Source: a virus. Taken from it: a stretch of DNA of 64,000 nt. A program made the translations under genes and the position numbers. Position 1 is the first letter of the stretch. Every line of letters begins with the position of its first letter. Below, one piece after another: positions 36,985 through 47,556 of the stretch. Where the stretch lies: UHGV virus genome UHGV-0332176. One strand, given 5' to 3'. The notes beneath the pieces are model-generated. The model was not told where the DNA came from, searched no databases, and saw only the letters and a list, made by a program, of their open reading frames with translations.

Positions 36985-39263
36985 ATGTATATGAAGAAAA
37001 ACTTTTAACCGAAATTGCTATTAAAGCATCGGATATTGCTAAAGAAACAAAATCAAAAATTTTATTACCAGAACATTTTTTATCAGTTATTTTACAAGAT
37101 AAATTTATAGTAAATCTTCTTACAAAAAAAGATACTGAAAAATATGAAAATGTTGTTAAAATGTTAAATGATTTTTGTATGAATTCAAATGATATTGACC
37201 GTATAACGGATGAAGATTCTTCTGATGAATTAATAATTAGTCCATTAATTAGTATATATATTTCATATGTAACTGTATGTAATAAAAGTTGTTTAGATAT
37301 TTTATCAAAAAATAAAGATTTTTATAAAATTAATTTATTGGGAGCTTTTTTATTTATGCATTCAACTTATGCTAATAAAGTTTTAAGAGATAATGGTTTT
37401 GATGTTAATTATATAGATGAAACAGTTGAAAATTTGGCATCAAATATTATTTTTGATGACCGTATTAAACCATTATTAGAAGAAAAAACTTCAAATACTA
37501 AAAATGATAATAATTTTGAAGAAGAATATTTAAATGCATTTACAATTAATTTAACAAATAAAGTTAAACAAAAAGATTGGATTCATATTGTTGGAAGAAA
37601 TGAAGAAATTGATTTAATTAAACAAATTTTATTAAGAAAAGATAAACCAAATGTTATTTTAGTTGGATATTCTGGTGTAGGTAAAACTAAAATTGTTGAA
37701 GGAATTGCGTTTGATTATATTAAAAAACATCCTGAAATTACATTTTTACAATTAGATACTCTTTCATTATTTTCTAATATCGGTATTAAAGGTGAATTAG
37801 AAAATAGAATAAAAAATATATATAATATTATTTCAAAAAAAGGTAATATTATTCTTTTTATTGATGAAATTCATTCTATTTGTAATTCATCTAACAATGC
37901 AAGTCAACCAGATGTTGCTAATTTATTAAAACCATTATTAACAGATGGTAAATTAAAAATTATTGGAGCAACAACTTTTGAAGAATATAGAAAATATATG
38001 GAAAATGATGAAGCATTTACAAGAAGATTTTATAAAATGATAATAAATGAACCTTCTATTGATGAAACGAGAAAGATTATTGCCCAAATTTCAACTAAAT
38101 ATGAAGAATTTTATCATATTAAATATTTACGGAGAGCAAGAGAAACTATTCTTGATTTAACAAAGAAATATATTTTTGATAAACATTTTCCAGAAAAAGC
38201 GATTGATGTATTAGATATGGCTGGTGCATATTGTAAATATATTGATAATTCTGTTTGCGATGTTTTAGAAATTCAGAAAACAATTTCAAGAATGTTAAAT
38301 ATTCCGTTATCTAATATTTCACAATCTGAAGAAGACATTTATCAACACCTTGAAGATAATCTTAAAAAAGAAATTATTGGTCAAGATGAAGCTGTTAACC
38401 AAGTAAGTGATGCCGTTATTATTGCAAGGTCTGGCTTACGAGAAGCAAATAAAACAGCAACTTCGCTAATGTTTAAAGGTTCTTCTGGTGTTGGTAAAAC
38501 AGAAATTTGTAAAGTGTTATCAAAAATTATGAATATTCCATTAGTTAGATTTGATATGTCGGAGTTTATGGAAGAACATAGTGTACCAAAATTAATTGGT
38601 GCTCCTCCTGGATATAAAGATGCGGGTGATGGAAAAGCAGGAAATGGTTTACTAATTAATGCAATTGATGAAAATCCATATTGTATTTTATTATTAGATG
38701 AAATAGAAAAAGCTCATCCAAAAATTCATAATTTATTATTACAAGTAATGGATAATGGTAAATTAACATCTTCAATGGGTAAAAGTGTTTCTTTTGAAAA
38801 TGTATTTTTAATAATGACTTCAAATGTTGGTTCATATAATAGTCATAAAATTGGAATAGGTTTTGGAAATTCAGAAACATCACCATCTGATAAAGATTTT
38901 GAAGATAGCTTTTTACCAGAATTTAGAAATCGTATAGATTCAGTCATTACATTTAACACATTGCCTGAAAGTGTAATGAAGAAAATCTGTAAAAAATTTC
39001 TTAATGAATTAAAAGATATGTTAAGAAATAAAAAGATTGATTTTAAATATAATGATGATATAATAAATTATATAGTTTCAAAAGTTGGTTCTTCTGAAAA
39101 TGGAGCAAGACCAATGAAACATATCATTACTAATGAAATCAAAAATAAAATAGCTAAAAATCTTGTATTTGGAAAATACAAAGAAAACAGTATTATTAAT
39201 TTAACAATGAATGAAAATATTATTAATTTTGAGGTTGAAGAAAAATGTTTGAAAGAAGATTAA
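36975..39263 (+). CDS. ClpA/ClpC-like Hsp100 AAA+ ATPase with two nucleotide-binding domains
   Basis: N-terminal Clp_N-like repeat. D1 Walker A GYSGVGKT and Walker B ILFIDEIH. D2 GQDEAVNQVSDAVIIARSGL...FKGSSGVGKTE, Walker B ILLLDEIEKAHP and sensor GARPMKH. Confidence 0.85.
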   Translation: MPVDVYEEKLLTEIAIKASDIAKETKSKILLPEHFLSVILQDKFIVNLLTKKDTEKYENVVKMLNDFCMNSNDIDRITDEDSSDELIISPLISIYISYVTVCNKSCLDILSKNKDFYKINLLGAFLFMHSTYANKVLRDNGFDVNYIDETVENLASNIIFDDRIKPLLEEKTSNTKNDNNFEEEYLNAFTINLTNKVKQKDWIHIVGRNEEIDLIKQILLRKDKPNVILVGYSGVGKTKIVEGIAFDYIKKHPEITFLQLDTLSLFSNIGIKGELENRIKNIYNIISKKGNIILFIDEIHSICNSSNNASQPDVANLLKPLLTDGKLKIIGATTFEEYRKYMENDEAFTRRFYKMIINEPSIDETRKIIAQISTKYEEFYHIKYLRRARETILDLTKKYIFDKHFPEKAIDVLDMAGAYCKYIDNSVCDVLEIQKTISRMLNIPLSNISQSEEDIYQHLEDNLKKEIIGQDEAVNQVSDAVIIARSGLREANKTATSLMFKGSSGVGKTEICKVLSKIMNIPLVRFDMSEFMEEHSVPKLIGAPPGYKDAGDGKAGNGLLINAIDENPYCILLLDEIEKAHPKIHNLLLQVMDNGKLTSSMGKSVSFENVFLIMTSNVGSYNSHKIGIGFGNSETSPSDKDFEDSFLPEFRNRIDSVITFNTLPESVMKKICKKFLNELKDMLRNKKIDFKYNDDIINYIVSKVGSSENGARPMKHIITNEIKNKIAKNLVFGKYKENSIINLTMNENIINFEVEEKCLKED

Positions 39264-39769
39264 GTTATGAGGAAACTTTAAAACTCATTGAAAGAGGGGT
39301 GTTATGTGAGAGTAATGTGCATATTTGCATTGATAAATTATCTAAACACTCAACAGATGAATATTATATCAATAAAATTGAAATTGAAGAAAGTGCGACT
39401 AAAAAAGAAATTTTGTTTGATGTGATTAAATGTGATGAAGCCGTAACGAATAATAGAGAACCAGTATGGATTCCATATAATTGGATTAAAGAAATTAGTA
39501 ATATGCCGATTGAATGTTTATTAGAAGCATATGATATGGCTGAAAGTAATAGAATTGTTGAAGTTTATTTAGAAACTGATATTGAAAAAGATATTATTGG
39601 GAAAGAGGAAGCAGAATTAGAAGGTTATGAATTATATGATGGTTTAAAGTTTATTTTTTATAAAGATAAAAATGAAAAATACTGTGGTAAAACATTAACT
39701 GTTAAAGGAGTTGGAGAATCAATTAGATTTGTTGCGAATAGGGGTCGTCCAAGAAAAAAGAGAAATTAA
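39245..39769 (+). CDS. hypothetical protein with a C-terminal AT-hook-like RGRPRKKR
   Basis: ORF. The GRP core of AT-hook DNA-binding motifs sits at the C-terminus. Confidence 0.45.
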   Translation: MFERRLSYEETLKLIERGVLCESNVHICIDKLSKHSTDEYYINKIEIEESATKKEILFDVIKCDEAVTNNREPVWIPYNWIKEISNMPIECLLEAYDMAESNRIVEVYLETDIEKDIIGKEEAELEGYELYDGLKFIFYKDKNEKYCGKTLTVKGVGESIRFVANRGRPRKKRN

Positions 39770-39789
39770 ACCATTAAATTAGACCTTTA

Positions 39790-39829
39790 AAATCCTTATA
39801 AATATAATTATAGTTTATAAGGATTTTTT
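39790..39829 (+). terminator. inverted repeat/terminator that contains a TATAAATA late-promoter-like motif at 39797-39804
   Basis: aaatccttataaa / tttataaggattt 13-bp stem with an 11-nt loop. TATAAATA lies 26 nt upstream of the structural gene at 39830. Confidence 0.45.
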
Positions 39830-41143
39830 ATGAGTAATATTGTTTATGAATATCGTACAGGTGTGTGTGCAATTGATTCTCCCTGCAAAGACCAAACTGT
39901 ATCTGTAAAAAAGCAGGCGATTGATGCATCAAATAAAAAACCTAAAACCAAGAATCCAACTCCATTAATACCTGTTCAGCCAACAAAACCAAGATATATG
40001 GGGGCAAATCATAGTCATTATGAAAGTTCAGTTACTGATAAAAGAGTTTATTTAAATGTTTCTCCATTAGCTAAAAATAATGAAGAATATTTAGATAGAA
40101 TACGTTATGTTTTAGGAAGTGAGAAAAGAGCATATAATGGTTCTAACATATATGGATTTTTATATAAATGTTTGAAACCTACCGTTGGTATTGTATTTCC
40201 ATATACACCAAGAATTTCAATAAATCATCAAGTTAATTATGAAAGAACTGAAATTATACATTCTAATTTAGCGGTTAGCCATTATAAAAATACTCCACCA
40301 CCAACATATAGTATAGATGCGGTATTTACTGCGGATTCAAAAGAAATGGCTCGTCATATGTTATCTGCAATATGGTTTATGAGAGCTGTTACAAAATGTG
40401 ATTTTGGTGAAGCTGCTAATAGTAGAAATGGAAAAGTTGATGGAATGAGTACAGCAGGTATGCCACCACCAATTTTATATTTGAATGGATGGAATAATTT
40501 ATTAGATAATATACCTGTTGTTGTAAAATCTTTTAGTTATACTTTACCAGATGACCAAGATTATGTTGGTTTAGGTTTAAATTTAAATCTTGCATCTTTT
40601 GAAAATATTAATCAATTATATTCAGATGCAATTACTGGTGATTTTTATGATACTGGATATGGGGATAAAATTAATATGAATAATACTTCAGAAACCAGAT
40701 ATATTAATGGTATTCCAGTAAATACATCAAATATTACAACAAATCCAACAACGATTGGTGTTAATAAAAATGATAGATTTTATTTAAAAAATTGGCTTCC
40801 AGTTGAATTACAAATGCATATAGAATTAGAAGTTCAACCAAATTTACAAAAATATAAAAAACGTTTTGATTTAGATTATTATAAAATGGGTGTTATGTAT
40901 TTAGATAGTTATAAAGGTGGTCAAACAATATTAGTTCCTGACCAGAATGGTTGTTTCCTAAGAGTTGCAAAGGATGCAACAACAGGAGAAATATTAAGTT
41001 CTGAAACACGTAGAACTTCTTTACAGGCAATTCAAAAAGAAATGAATGAAAATCCAAATGTAACCGCATCAGATGAAGTTAAATCAGGTTTTTCAATAAT
41101 GCCAACAAAATATACATTTGATAGAGCTGGTTGGACTTGGTAA
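39830..41143 (+). CDS. putative virion structural protein (baseplate/tail-associated)
   Basis: First gene of the operon that ends with the gp5-like hub. No specific motif recognised. Confidence 0.5.
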   Translation: MSNIVYEYRTGVCAIDSPCKDQTVSVKKQAIDASNKKPKTKNPTPLIPVQPTKPRYMGANHSHYESSVTDKRVYLNVSPLAKNNEEYLDRIRYVLGSEKRAYNGSNIYGFLYKCLKPTVGIVFPYTPRISINHQVNYERTEIIHSNLAVSHYKNTPPPTYSIDAVFTADSKEMARHMLSAIWFMRAVTKCDFGEAANSRNGKVDGMSTAGMPPPILYLNGWNNLLDNIPVVVKSFSYTLPDDQDYVGLGLNLNLASFENINQLYSDAITGDFYDTGYGDKINMNNTSETRYINGIPVNTSNITTNPTTIGVNKNDRFYLKNWLPVELQMHIELEVQPNLQKYKKRFDLDYYKMGVMYLDSYKGGQTILVPDQNGCFLRVAKDATTGEILSSETRRTSLQAIQKEMNENPNVTASDEVKSGFSIMPTKYTFDRAGWTW

Positions 41144-41153
41144 GGAATTTAAA

Positions 41154-41447
41154 ATGGTAGAATTTAGTGAATATAGTTTATATACAAATACTCCTGTTAA
41201 TCAATTTTATCGTGGATATTATCAACCGATTGATATTCCAAAAGATTCAAGTGATTTATTTATATTAATTCCATCTGAATATCATCATAAACCAGGTAAA
41301 ATGGCTTATACAATGTACGGAACAGCAAGATTAAGTTGGATTTTTTCATACTTTAATAGAGAAATTATATCTGACCCATTATTTGATTTTGAAGAAGGTT
41401 TAATTATTCGTTGCCCAACAAAAGAACGTGTTATGTCTTATTTTTAA
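41154..41447 (+). CDS. hypothetical small protein (start at the ATG of the aaaatggtagaat repeat)
   Basis: ORF in the structural operon. Confidence 0.45.
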   Translation: MVEFSEYSLYTNTPVNQFYRGYYQPIDIPKDSSDLFILIPSEYHHKPGKMAYTMYGTARLSWIFSYFNREIISDPLFDFEEGLIIRCPTKERVMSYF

Positions 41448-41458
41448 AGGTTAATTAA

Positions 41459-43606
41459 ATGGCATTTTATGATGAACAAGTAGAAAAAGAATTAAAACAA
41501 TGGAATTATCAGCCTAATTTGTTACAATTTTATGATAATGTAACATATAATATTCGTTGGTATATGATTCCACAAGATATACACGATTATATTGTTGAAC
41601 AAAATAAAAAAGGATTAAATTCTGTTTATGTTCCAGATAGTTCAAAAATTATCATTATGGAAACAGGAGTTAGTTCAAATTATTCTTTAAATAGCTTAAC
41701 AATGCGAAATGCATTTGGAGTTATTGGGTCAGATAATTCAATTAATATTAATATGGATATGTCTTTAATTGAAGTAAATGGTTGTTCATTATTTAATAAA
41801 ATTACTGCTATTTCAAAGTTATTAGGTTATGAAAATCCAATGCAACAACCTTTCTTTGTAGATATTTGGTTTTCAGGGTATGAACCACCAAAAAATACAC
41901 CAATAAATCCTATTGGTGGAATAATTACTTATAGCACAATTATTACATCTTGTAATTCAGATACTGTTGATTCTGGTACAAGCTGGCAAATTAAAATGGT
42001 TGGTTCTTCAATGGGAATTGTAACTAAAGATATTAGTTTATTAAATAATATTGCTCCAATTAAAGCAATTACTGTTGAAGATTTTAGAAAGAGTTTAGAA
42101 GAACAAATTAATTTACAATATTTTAATTTACATCCTGAATTAAGAAAATATTTTCCATCGGAAGATTTTGTAACAATTAAATTGTATTCTTCAGAAGAAT
42201 TTTTAAATGATACAACACAATATCAAGATAATCAAACTCATATTAATAATGAAAAAGATTTTAATTCAGTATATGGTTATGATTGGACTTTAAAAAATAC
42301 AAAAAATGGAACATTAGTTAATAATGGAGTAATGTATTCTACAACAAATGATGGAAAATATATTCCAATTGGTTCTGCTATTCCTCAAACAACTCCTGAA
42401 AAAGAAAGACAATACACACCTTATAATAATTTTAAAGAATGTATTTTTGATAAAGTTGGTGAAAATATTGATACTGCTAATAAAGGTCAATTAGTAATGA
42501 AAATGGATAATAACCAATTATTAGAAAATATTTTTCAAGAAGTTTGTTCATTATCTCCACAATTAAGAGATAGGGTTGCAAAAGTTATTTTTAATTCTAA
42601 ACCAATTGCTAATCGTGAAGGTCGTGAAATTTATAAATTAACAATGAATGTATTTTTTAAAAAAAATTATTGGTTAAAATGGTTCATTGAAACAAGTAAA
42701 CAATTTTCATATCAAAATAGTAATAATGCTAATGCTATGGCAATTGATGCATATAATAAAACTATACAACAAATGCAATTAGATTCTTTATCTGATATGA
42801 AAATAACTAATGGTTTAAAGAAAAGATATAAATTTTTATTTAATGGAGAAGATACAAGTGTATTAGAATTAAATACAAAAATTGATAAATTATGGTATTT
42901 AAATTCTTCACAAAATTACTTGGCAGATACAATTATTAATACACCAATTACTAATATTGCGTTAGATAATGTTCAACGAATTCAAGATTTAATTGATATT
43001 AAAAAAAATGAAAATGAAAAATTATCTGACCAAGAATCTTTTAAAAAAGTATTAGAAGAACATACTGCATATAAAAATTTAAAAAATATTCGTCAATTAG
43101 CAACAGATAAAAGATTATATGTTGATGATATTTACCATTGTTTAAGTGGTAAAGAAAAAATGAAATTATTAGGTTCTCGTAATGTAACAGTTATGAATGA
43201 CCCATTTGGACAAGCAACAACTGCTTCAAAAACTGGTTCAATTGATTATAATTGTGCAAAAGCAGGATTTGCTAATCTTTATAATACTGGTAATTTAATT
43301 AAATTAAAAATTAAAATTTTAGGAGACCCTTATTGGTTAGATTTATTTTCTGAAAAAAATATTAATGGTGATATAAAAACTATGATGAATTTATCTAATG
43401 CAAAATATTTTGTGTTTGATATGAAAACAGCTGTTGAACAAGATATGAAGGGAAATGGTTTATATGATTTAGAATCAGCCGTTGATATTTCAGGTATATA
43501 TCAAGTTTTATATGTAACAAGTTATTTTGAAAATGGTAAATTTACTCAACATATTGAAGGTTCAATACACGCATCATTTATGCATAGTAATTTTATGAAG
43601 GTTTAA
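41459..43606 (+). CDS. putative baseplate/tail structural protein (715 aa)
   Basis: Sits immediately upstream of the gp5-like hub and is translationally coupled to it. Confidence 0.5.
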   Translation: MAFYDEQVEKELKQWNYQPNLLQFYDNVTYNIRWYMIPQDIHDYIVEQNKKGLNSVYVPDSSKIIIMETGVSSNYSLNSLTMRNAFGVIGSDNSININMDMSLIEVNGCSLFNKITAISKLLGYENPMQQPFFVDIWFSGYEPPKNTPINPIGGIITYSTIITSCNSDTVDSGTSWQIKMVGSSMGIVTKDISLLNNIAPIKAITVEDFRKSLEEQINLQYFNLHPELRKYFPSEDFVTIKLYSSEEFLNDTTQYQDNQTHINNEKDFNSVYGYDWTLKNTKNGTLVNNGVMYSTTNDGKYIPIGSAIPQTTPEKERQYTPYNNFKECIFDKVGENIDTANKGQLVMKMDNNQLLENIFQEVCSLSPQLRDRVAKVIFNSKPIANREGREIYKLTMNVFFKKNYWLKWFIETSKQFSYQNSNNANAMAIDAYNKTIQQMQLDSLSDMKITNGLKKRYKFLFNGEDTSVLELNTKIDKLWYLNSSQNYLADTIINTPITNIALDNVQRIQDLIDIKKNENEKLSDQESFKKVLEEHTAYKNLKNIRQLATDKRLYVDDIYHCLSGKEKMKLLGSRNVTVMNDPFGQATTASKTGSIDYNCAKAGFANLYNTGNLIKLKIKILGDPYWLDLFSEKNINGDIKTMMNLSNAKYFVFDMKTAVEQDMKGNGLYDLESAVDISGIYQVLYVTSYFENGKFTQHIEGSIHASFMHSNFMKV

Positions 43607-43608
43607 TT

Positions 43609-45579
43609 ATGGCACGTTTAGATACACGTTTAACACAATCTGAAAAACAATCACGTGATAGAACATTTGATAAAAGTCGTATTTATATGGCAGAAGTGAT
43701 GGATACACGTTCTATTTTACGTGGTGGAGAAATTAAAGTTTGGATTTTAAGTTCAAATAATGATAAAGAAAATCCTGTTAATTGGGTAACAGCATATTAT
43801 GCATCATCAATTTATGGAACAACACCTGTTACACCAAATCAAACAAGTAATTATAAATCTGCTCCTATAAGTTTTGGTTCTTGGTTTCCAATGCCTTATA
43901 TTGGTAATTATGTATTCATTTTTTATCCTTGTATTTCGGGAGAAAATTCAAATCCATATTGGTTTTCTTGTCCTGTTAACCCAAATATGAATTTTATGTT
44001 GCCAGGTATTCCTGGTGCATATACATCAAATGAACACGAAACTTTATGTGAATTGAATATGAAATCATCAAATCCTGAAATTAATTCTGATGCATTAGCA
44101 TATCGTAAAGAACAATATCAAGCACCTTATAAACCAATGATAGATGCATTACAACGTCAAGGATTAGATAAAGATAGATTAAGAGGTATTTCAACTGCTG
44201 GTTCAAAACGAGAATCACCAAGTATGTCTTGGGGATATGTTTCACCAACAGGTCATACTATGGTTATTGATGATGGTTGGGTTGAAGATGATAATAAATT
44301 AAATTGGTTAACAGAAACGACCGATAAAAATATTTTAGGTTTGAAAAATGAAAATGGATTAGACCCTTCTCATATTGAAAATTCTAATAGATATAATTCT
44401 GGATTTAGACTTAGAACACGAAATGGTACACAAATTTTAATTTTAGATACTGGTAATATCTATATGATTAATCGTGATGGTACTGCTTGGTTAGAATTAT
44501 CTGATGATGGTTATATTGATTGTTTTTCTGAAAAAGGTATATCTGCTAATACAAATGGGGATATAAATTTTCATTCCGATGGTAGAATTAAAATGGAAGC
44601 GAAACAAGGTTTTACTTTTAAAACTGATGGAGATATATCAATTGAATCAGCAGGAAATATGAATATTTCATCACCTCGTATTGATACTGATAGTATAATT
44701 TCAGCTCCTGAAATAAATGCTAATATTGGTAATATCAAATCATTTATTTCTGCATTAGCTCAAATAAATGGTGTATTTTCGGGAACTTTACAAGGTACAG
44801 CTTTTTATGCAACAAATGCTGGTATTACTCCTGCTCCACAGCCACAGCCATTAACTCCTGAACCAAATGTTCCATATCCTTTAATTGAAGAAGCACAAGA
44901 ACAGATTGGTAAAATTGGTGAAACAATAGAAACAATTGTTTCAAGAATTCCAACTGCTGAACCTTATGGTGGTCACGATAGAAATGATACTATACCAGTA
45001 TTAGATACTTCTTTTAAAGTTCAAACAACAGAATATTATAATTTGGACACACCATTAATTACAAATCAAATTGAAACAACACCATTACCAACTGCATCAA
45101 CAAATAATATACCAATTCCATCAATGCAGTTATCAGAACATTTTACTTTACAAGATTTATGTTCTTCACAAACTGCAACAAAATATGGAATTAATAATAC
45201 TCCATCAAGTGATATTATTGAAAAATTAAAATTATTAGCTAATAATGTTTTAGAACCTATTTATAAACATTATGGAAAAGTAACAGTTAATAGTGGTTAT
45301 AGAGGACCAGCATTGAATAGTGTTGTTGGTGGAGCTTTAACCTCTCAACATTGTAAAGGTGAAGCTGCTGATATTGAAATACTTGGTGTAAATAATTATG
45401 ATTTAGCAGTATGGATAAGAGATAATATTGATTTTGACCAATTAATTCTTGAATTTGCAACTAATTTATCAAGTGACCCGAATAGTGGTTGGGTACACGT
45501 TAGTTATAAATCATCAAATAATAGACATCAATTATTAACAATTAATAATTATGGTACAAAATCTGGATTAATTAAATAA
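43609..45579 (+). CDS. gp5-like baseplate hub/tail-associated protein with a C-terminal M15 peptidoglycan peptidase domain
   Basis: N-terminal YMAEVMDTRSILRGGEIKVWI matches the T4 gp5 OB-fold FVGVVEDVMDKSYTGRVKVRVH. The C-terminus SGYRGPALNSVVGG...SQHCKGEAADIE is the peptidase M15 (VanY/D-Ala-D-Ala carboxypeptidase-like) signature. Confidence 0.6.
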   Translation: MARLDTRLTQSEKQSRDRTFDKSRIYMAEVMDTRSILRGGEIKVWILSSNNDKENPVNWVTAYYASSIYGTTPVTPNQTSNYKSAPISFGSWFPMPYIGNYVFIFYPCISGENSNPYWFSCPVNPNMNFMLPGIPGAYTSNEHETLCELNMKSSNPEINSDALAYRKEQYQAPYKPMIDALQRQGLDKDRLRGISTAGSKRESPSMSWGYVSPTGHTMVIDDGWVEDDNKLNWLTETTDKNILGLKNENGLDPSHIENSNRYNSGFRLRTRNGTQILILDTGNIYMINRDGTAWLELSDDGYIDCFSEKGISANTNGDINFHSDGRIKMEAKQGFTFKTDGDISIESAGNMNISSPRIDTDSIISAPEINANIGNIKSFISALAQINGVFSGTLQGTAFYATNAGITPAPQPQPLTPEPNVPYPLIEEAQEQIGKIGETIETIVSRIPTAEPYGGHDRNDTIPVLDTSFKVQTTEYYNLDTPLITNQIETTPLPTASTNNIPIPSMQLSEHFTLQDLCSSQTATKYGINNTPSSDIIEKLKLLANNVLEPIYKHYGKVTVNSGYRGPALNSVVGGALTSQHCKGEAADIEILGVNNYDLAVWIRDNIDFDQLILEFATNLSSDPNSGWVHVSYKSSNNRHQLLTINNYGTKSGLIK

Positions 45580-45588
45580 GGATAAAAT

Positions 45589-46737
45589 ATGGCAAATGGA
45601 AATGATTCTGCAATTGTTGAAAATGGTGGTGAATTAAATACAGATGATTATAGTGATATTAAATTAATTAATAAAATTGAATATGATTCTTTAGAAGATA
45701 CTGAAAAACCTTTATGGGTTAGATATTCTCCATCATTGCAAAGTCAAGCATATGCACAATGGATTGCTGCCCAAAATGAAATGGTAAAAATATTTGGAGA
45801 ATTAGGTCCAGTTTTTGATAAGTTAATGCCATTTACAAAAGGCGGAATGACATTACAACCAATTCCGTTAACAAATTTAATAAATGCTATTAAATCTGTT
45901 ACATCTATTGCTGAAACTATGGGAAGTGTTGTTGAATCAATTGCTTCTGCTCCAGTTATTAGTGTTGTAGCCGAACCTTTAAGAAATTTATTTGGATTAA
46001 TTGGTGCATTAGGTGGAATGATTTATGCCTTATATATGAATCCTTATCAATTTATTGAACCTTATGTGTCAGCTATTAAAGCAGTAGATTTATCAAATTT
46101 AAAAGAACAATTTAATGCAGAAACAACTCCTAATTTAGATTTATATACAACAAAAGTTGAAGAAATTCCAATTCCAGACCCTGATATTAAAGCAGAAATT
46201 GAAGCAGCTAAAAATCAAATTAAAAATTTAAAACCAACTGCTGAAGATATGCTTGCTACTGCTGAAGCATTAGATGAAGCAGCTAAGGCATTAGAAGGAA
46301 TTCCTGAAACATTACAAGCTGTGGCTACAATGGGATGTTCTTGGGCATTTAATGCTGCATTAGATGAATTTAATATTAAATTTGACCAAACAAAATTACC
46401 AAATGTTGACCCAAATAATCAAGCAATGCAATGGGCTAATAATGTTAATACTTTAGTTAATAAATTACCTGCAAAATATATTAAAGTATCTGATTTAGAA
46501 AAATTAAAATCGCAAGAAAAACCTCAACAAACTCCAATACCACCAACTCCAGATACAAATGAAGATTATTTAAATGGTATTAATGATGGATATATTATTG
46601 GTCGTGGGGGAAATGATGGAGCATTTTTAGAAAAAACTATTCAACAAATGTCATATAAAAGTGATGAATATATTAAAGGTATGCGAGAAGGTTGGAATGA
46701 AGGGTATGATGATTATTTAAAATATGGAAATAAATAA
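45589..46737 (+). CDS. hypothetical structural-operon protein
   Basis: ORF. Ala/Glu-rich. Confidence 0.5.
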   Translation: MANGNDSAIVENGGELNTDDYSDIKLINKIEYDSLEDTEKPLWVRYSPSLQSQAYAQWIAAQNEMVKIFGELGPVFDKLMPFTKGGMTLQPIPLTNLINAIKSVTSIAETMGSVVESIASAPVISVVAEPLRNLFGLIGALGGMIYALYMNPYQFIEPYVSAIKAVDLSNLKEQFNAETTPNLDLYTTKVEEIPIPDPDIKAEIEAAKNQIKNLKPTAEDMLATAEALDEAAKALEGIPETLQAVATMGCSWAFNAALDEFNIKFDQTKLPNVDPNNQAMQWANNVNTLVNKLPAKYIKVSDLEKLKSQEKPQQTPIPPTPDTNEDYLNGINDGYIIGRGGNDGAFLEKTIQQMSYKSDEYIKGMREGWNEGYDDYLKYGNK

Positions 46738-46785
46738 TTGACTTTTTAATTAAATTATTTTAAATTTAATTAAAGGAGAATATTT

Positions 46786-47088
46786 ATGGTTGATATTGAA
46801 AAAATTAAAAAATTAAGTAAAGAATATAATTCATTAAAAGCAATGGAAGACCAACTTGAATGGGTAAAAAATCATCAAAAAGATGTTAAATTACAATTAG
46901 ATAATGATATGACATTTCCTGTATTTGTTGATGAATATAATAATACAATTTGGGCAATGGACTATGAAGATTCTGGTTTAACCGATGAAGATATAGAATT
47001 AAATGAATTCACTTGGTATTTAGGCTGGAATGATGGGGTAAAAATTTTATTAGAATGTTACGGAATTAAAAATTGGGAAGAAGTATAA
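46786..47088 (+). CDS. hypothetical protein
   Basis: ORF with an AAAGGAGAAT RBS. Confidence 0.5.
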   Translation: MVDIEKIKKLSKEYNSLKAMEDQLEWVKNHQKDVKLQLDNDMTFPVFVDEYNNTIWAMDYEDSGLTDEDIELNEFTWYLGWNDGVKILLECYGIKNWEEV

Positions 47089-47550
47089 ATGTTAAAAATT
47101 ATTAATGGTAATATTTTTGATGGTAATGAAGATATAATATGTCATCAAACAAATTGTTTAGGAATAATGGGTGGTGGAATTGCATTACAAGTTAAAAAAT
47201 TATATCCTAATGTTTATAATGAATATAGTAATTTATGTAAAGATTATAAAGAAAATCCATCTCAATTATTAGGATATACACAATTTGTTAAAACACCTGA
47301 TGACAGAATAATTGCTAATTGTTTTGGTCAATTGGGAATTGGTGCAACAGTACAAACACATTATATGGCATTAGCTATGTCTTTAGCATCGGTCTATCGT
47401 AAAGCAATTCAAGAAAATTTATCAGTTGCTATTCCATATAATATTGGATGTGGTTTAGCAGGTGGTGATTGGAATATTGTTTATGAAATAATTTCTAAAT
47501 TATTTAAAAATACAGATATTAATTGTGTATTATATAAATTTCAGGGTTAA
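47089..47550 (+). CDS. macro domain (ADP-ribose binding/processing) protein
   Basis: IICHQTNCLGIMGGGIALQVKK matches the macro-domain N-x-x-N...G-x-GGG-I/V-A pocket motif. Confidence 0.55.
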   Translation: MLKIINGNIFDGNEDIICHQTNCLGIMGGGIALQVKKLYPNVYNEYSNLCKDYKENPSQLLGYTQFVKTPDDRIIANCFGQLGIGATVQTHYMALAMSLASVYRKAIQENLSVAIPYNIGCGLAGGDWNIVYEIISKLFKNTDINCVLYKFQG

Positions 47551-47556
47551 TTAAAT

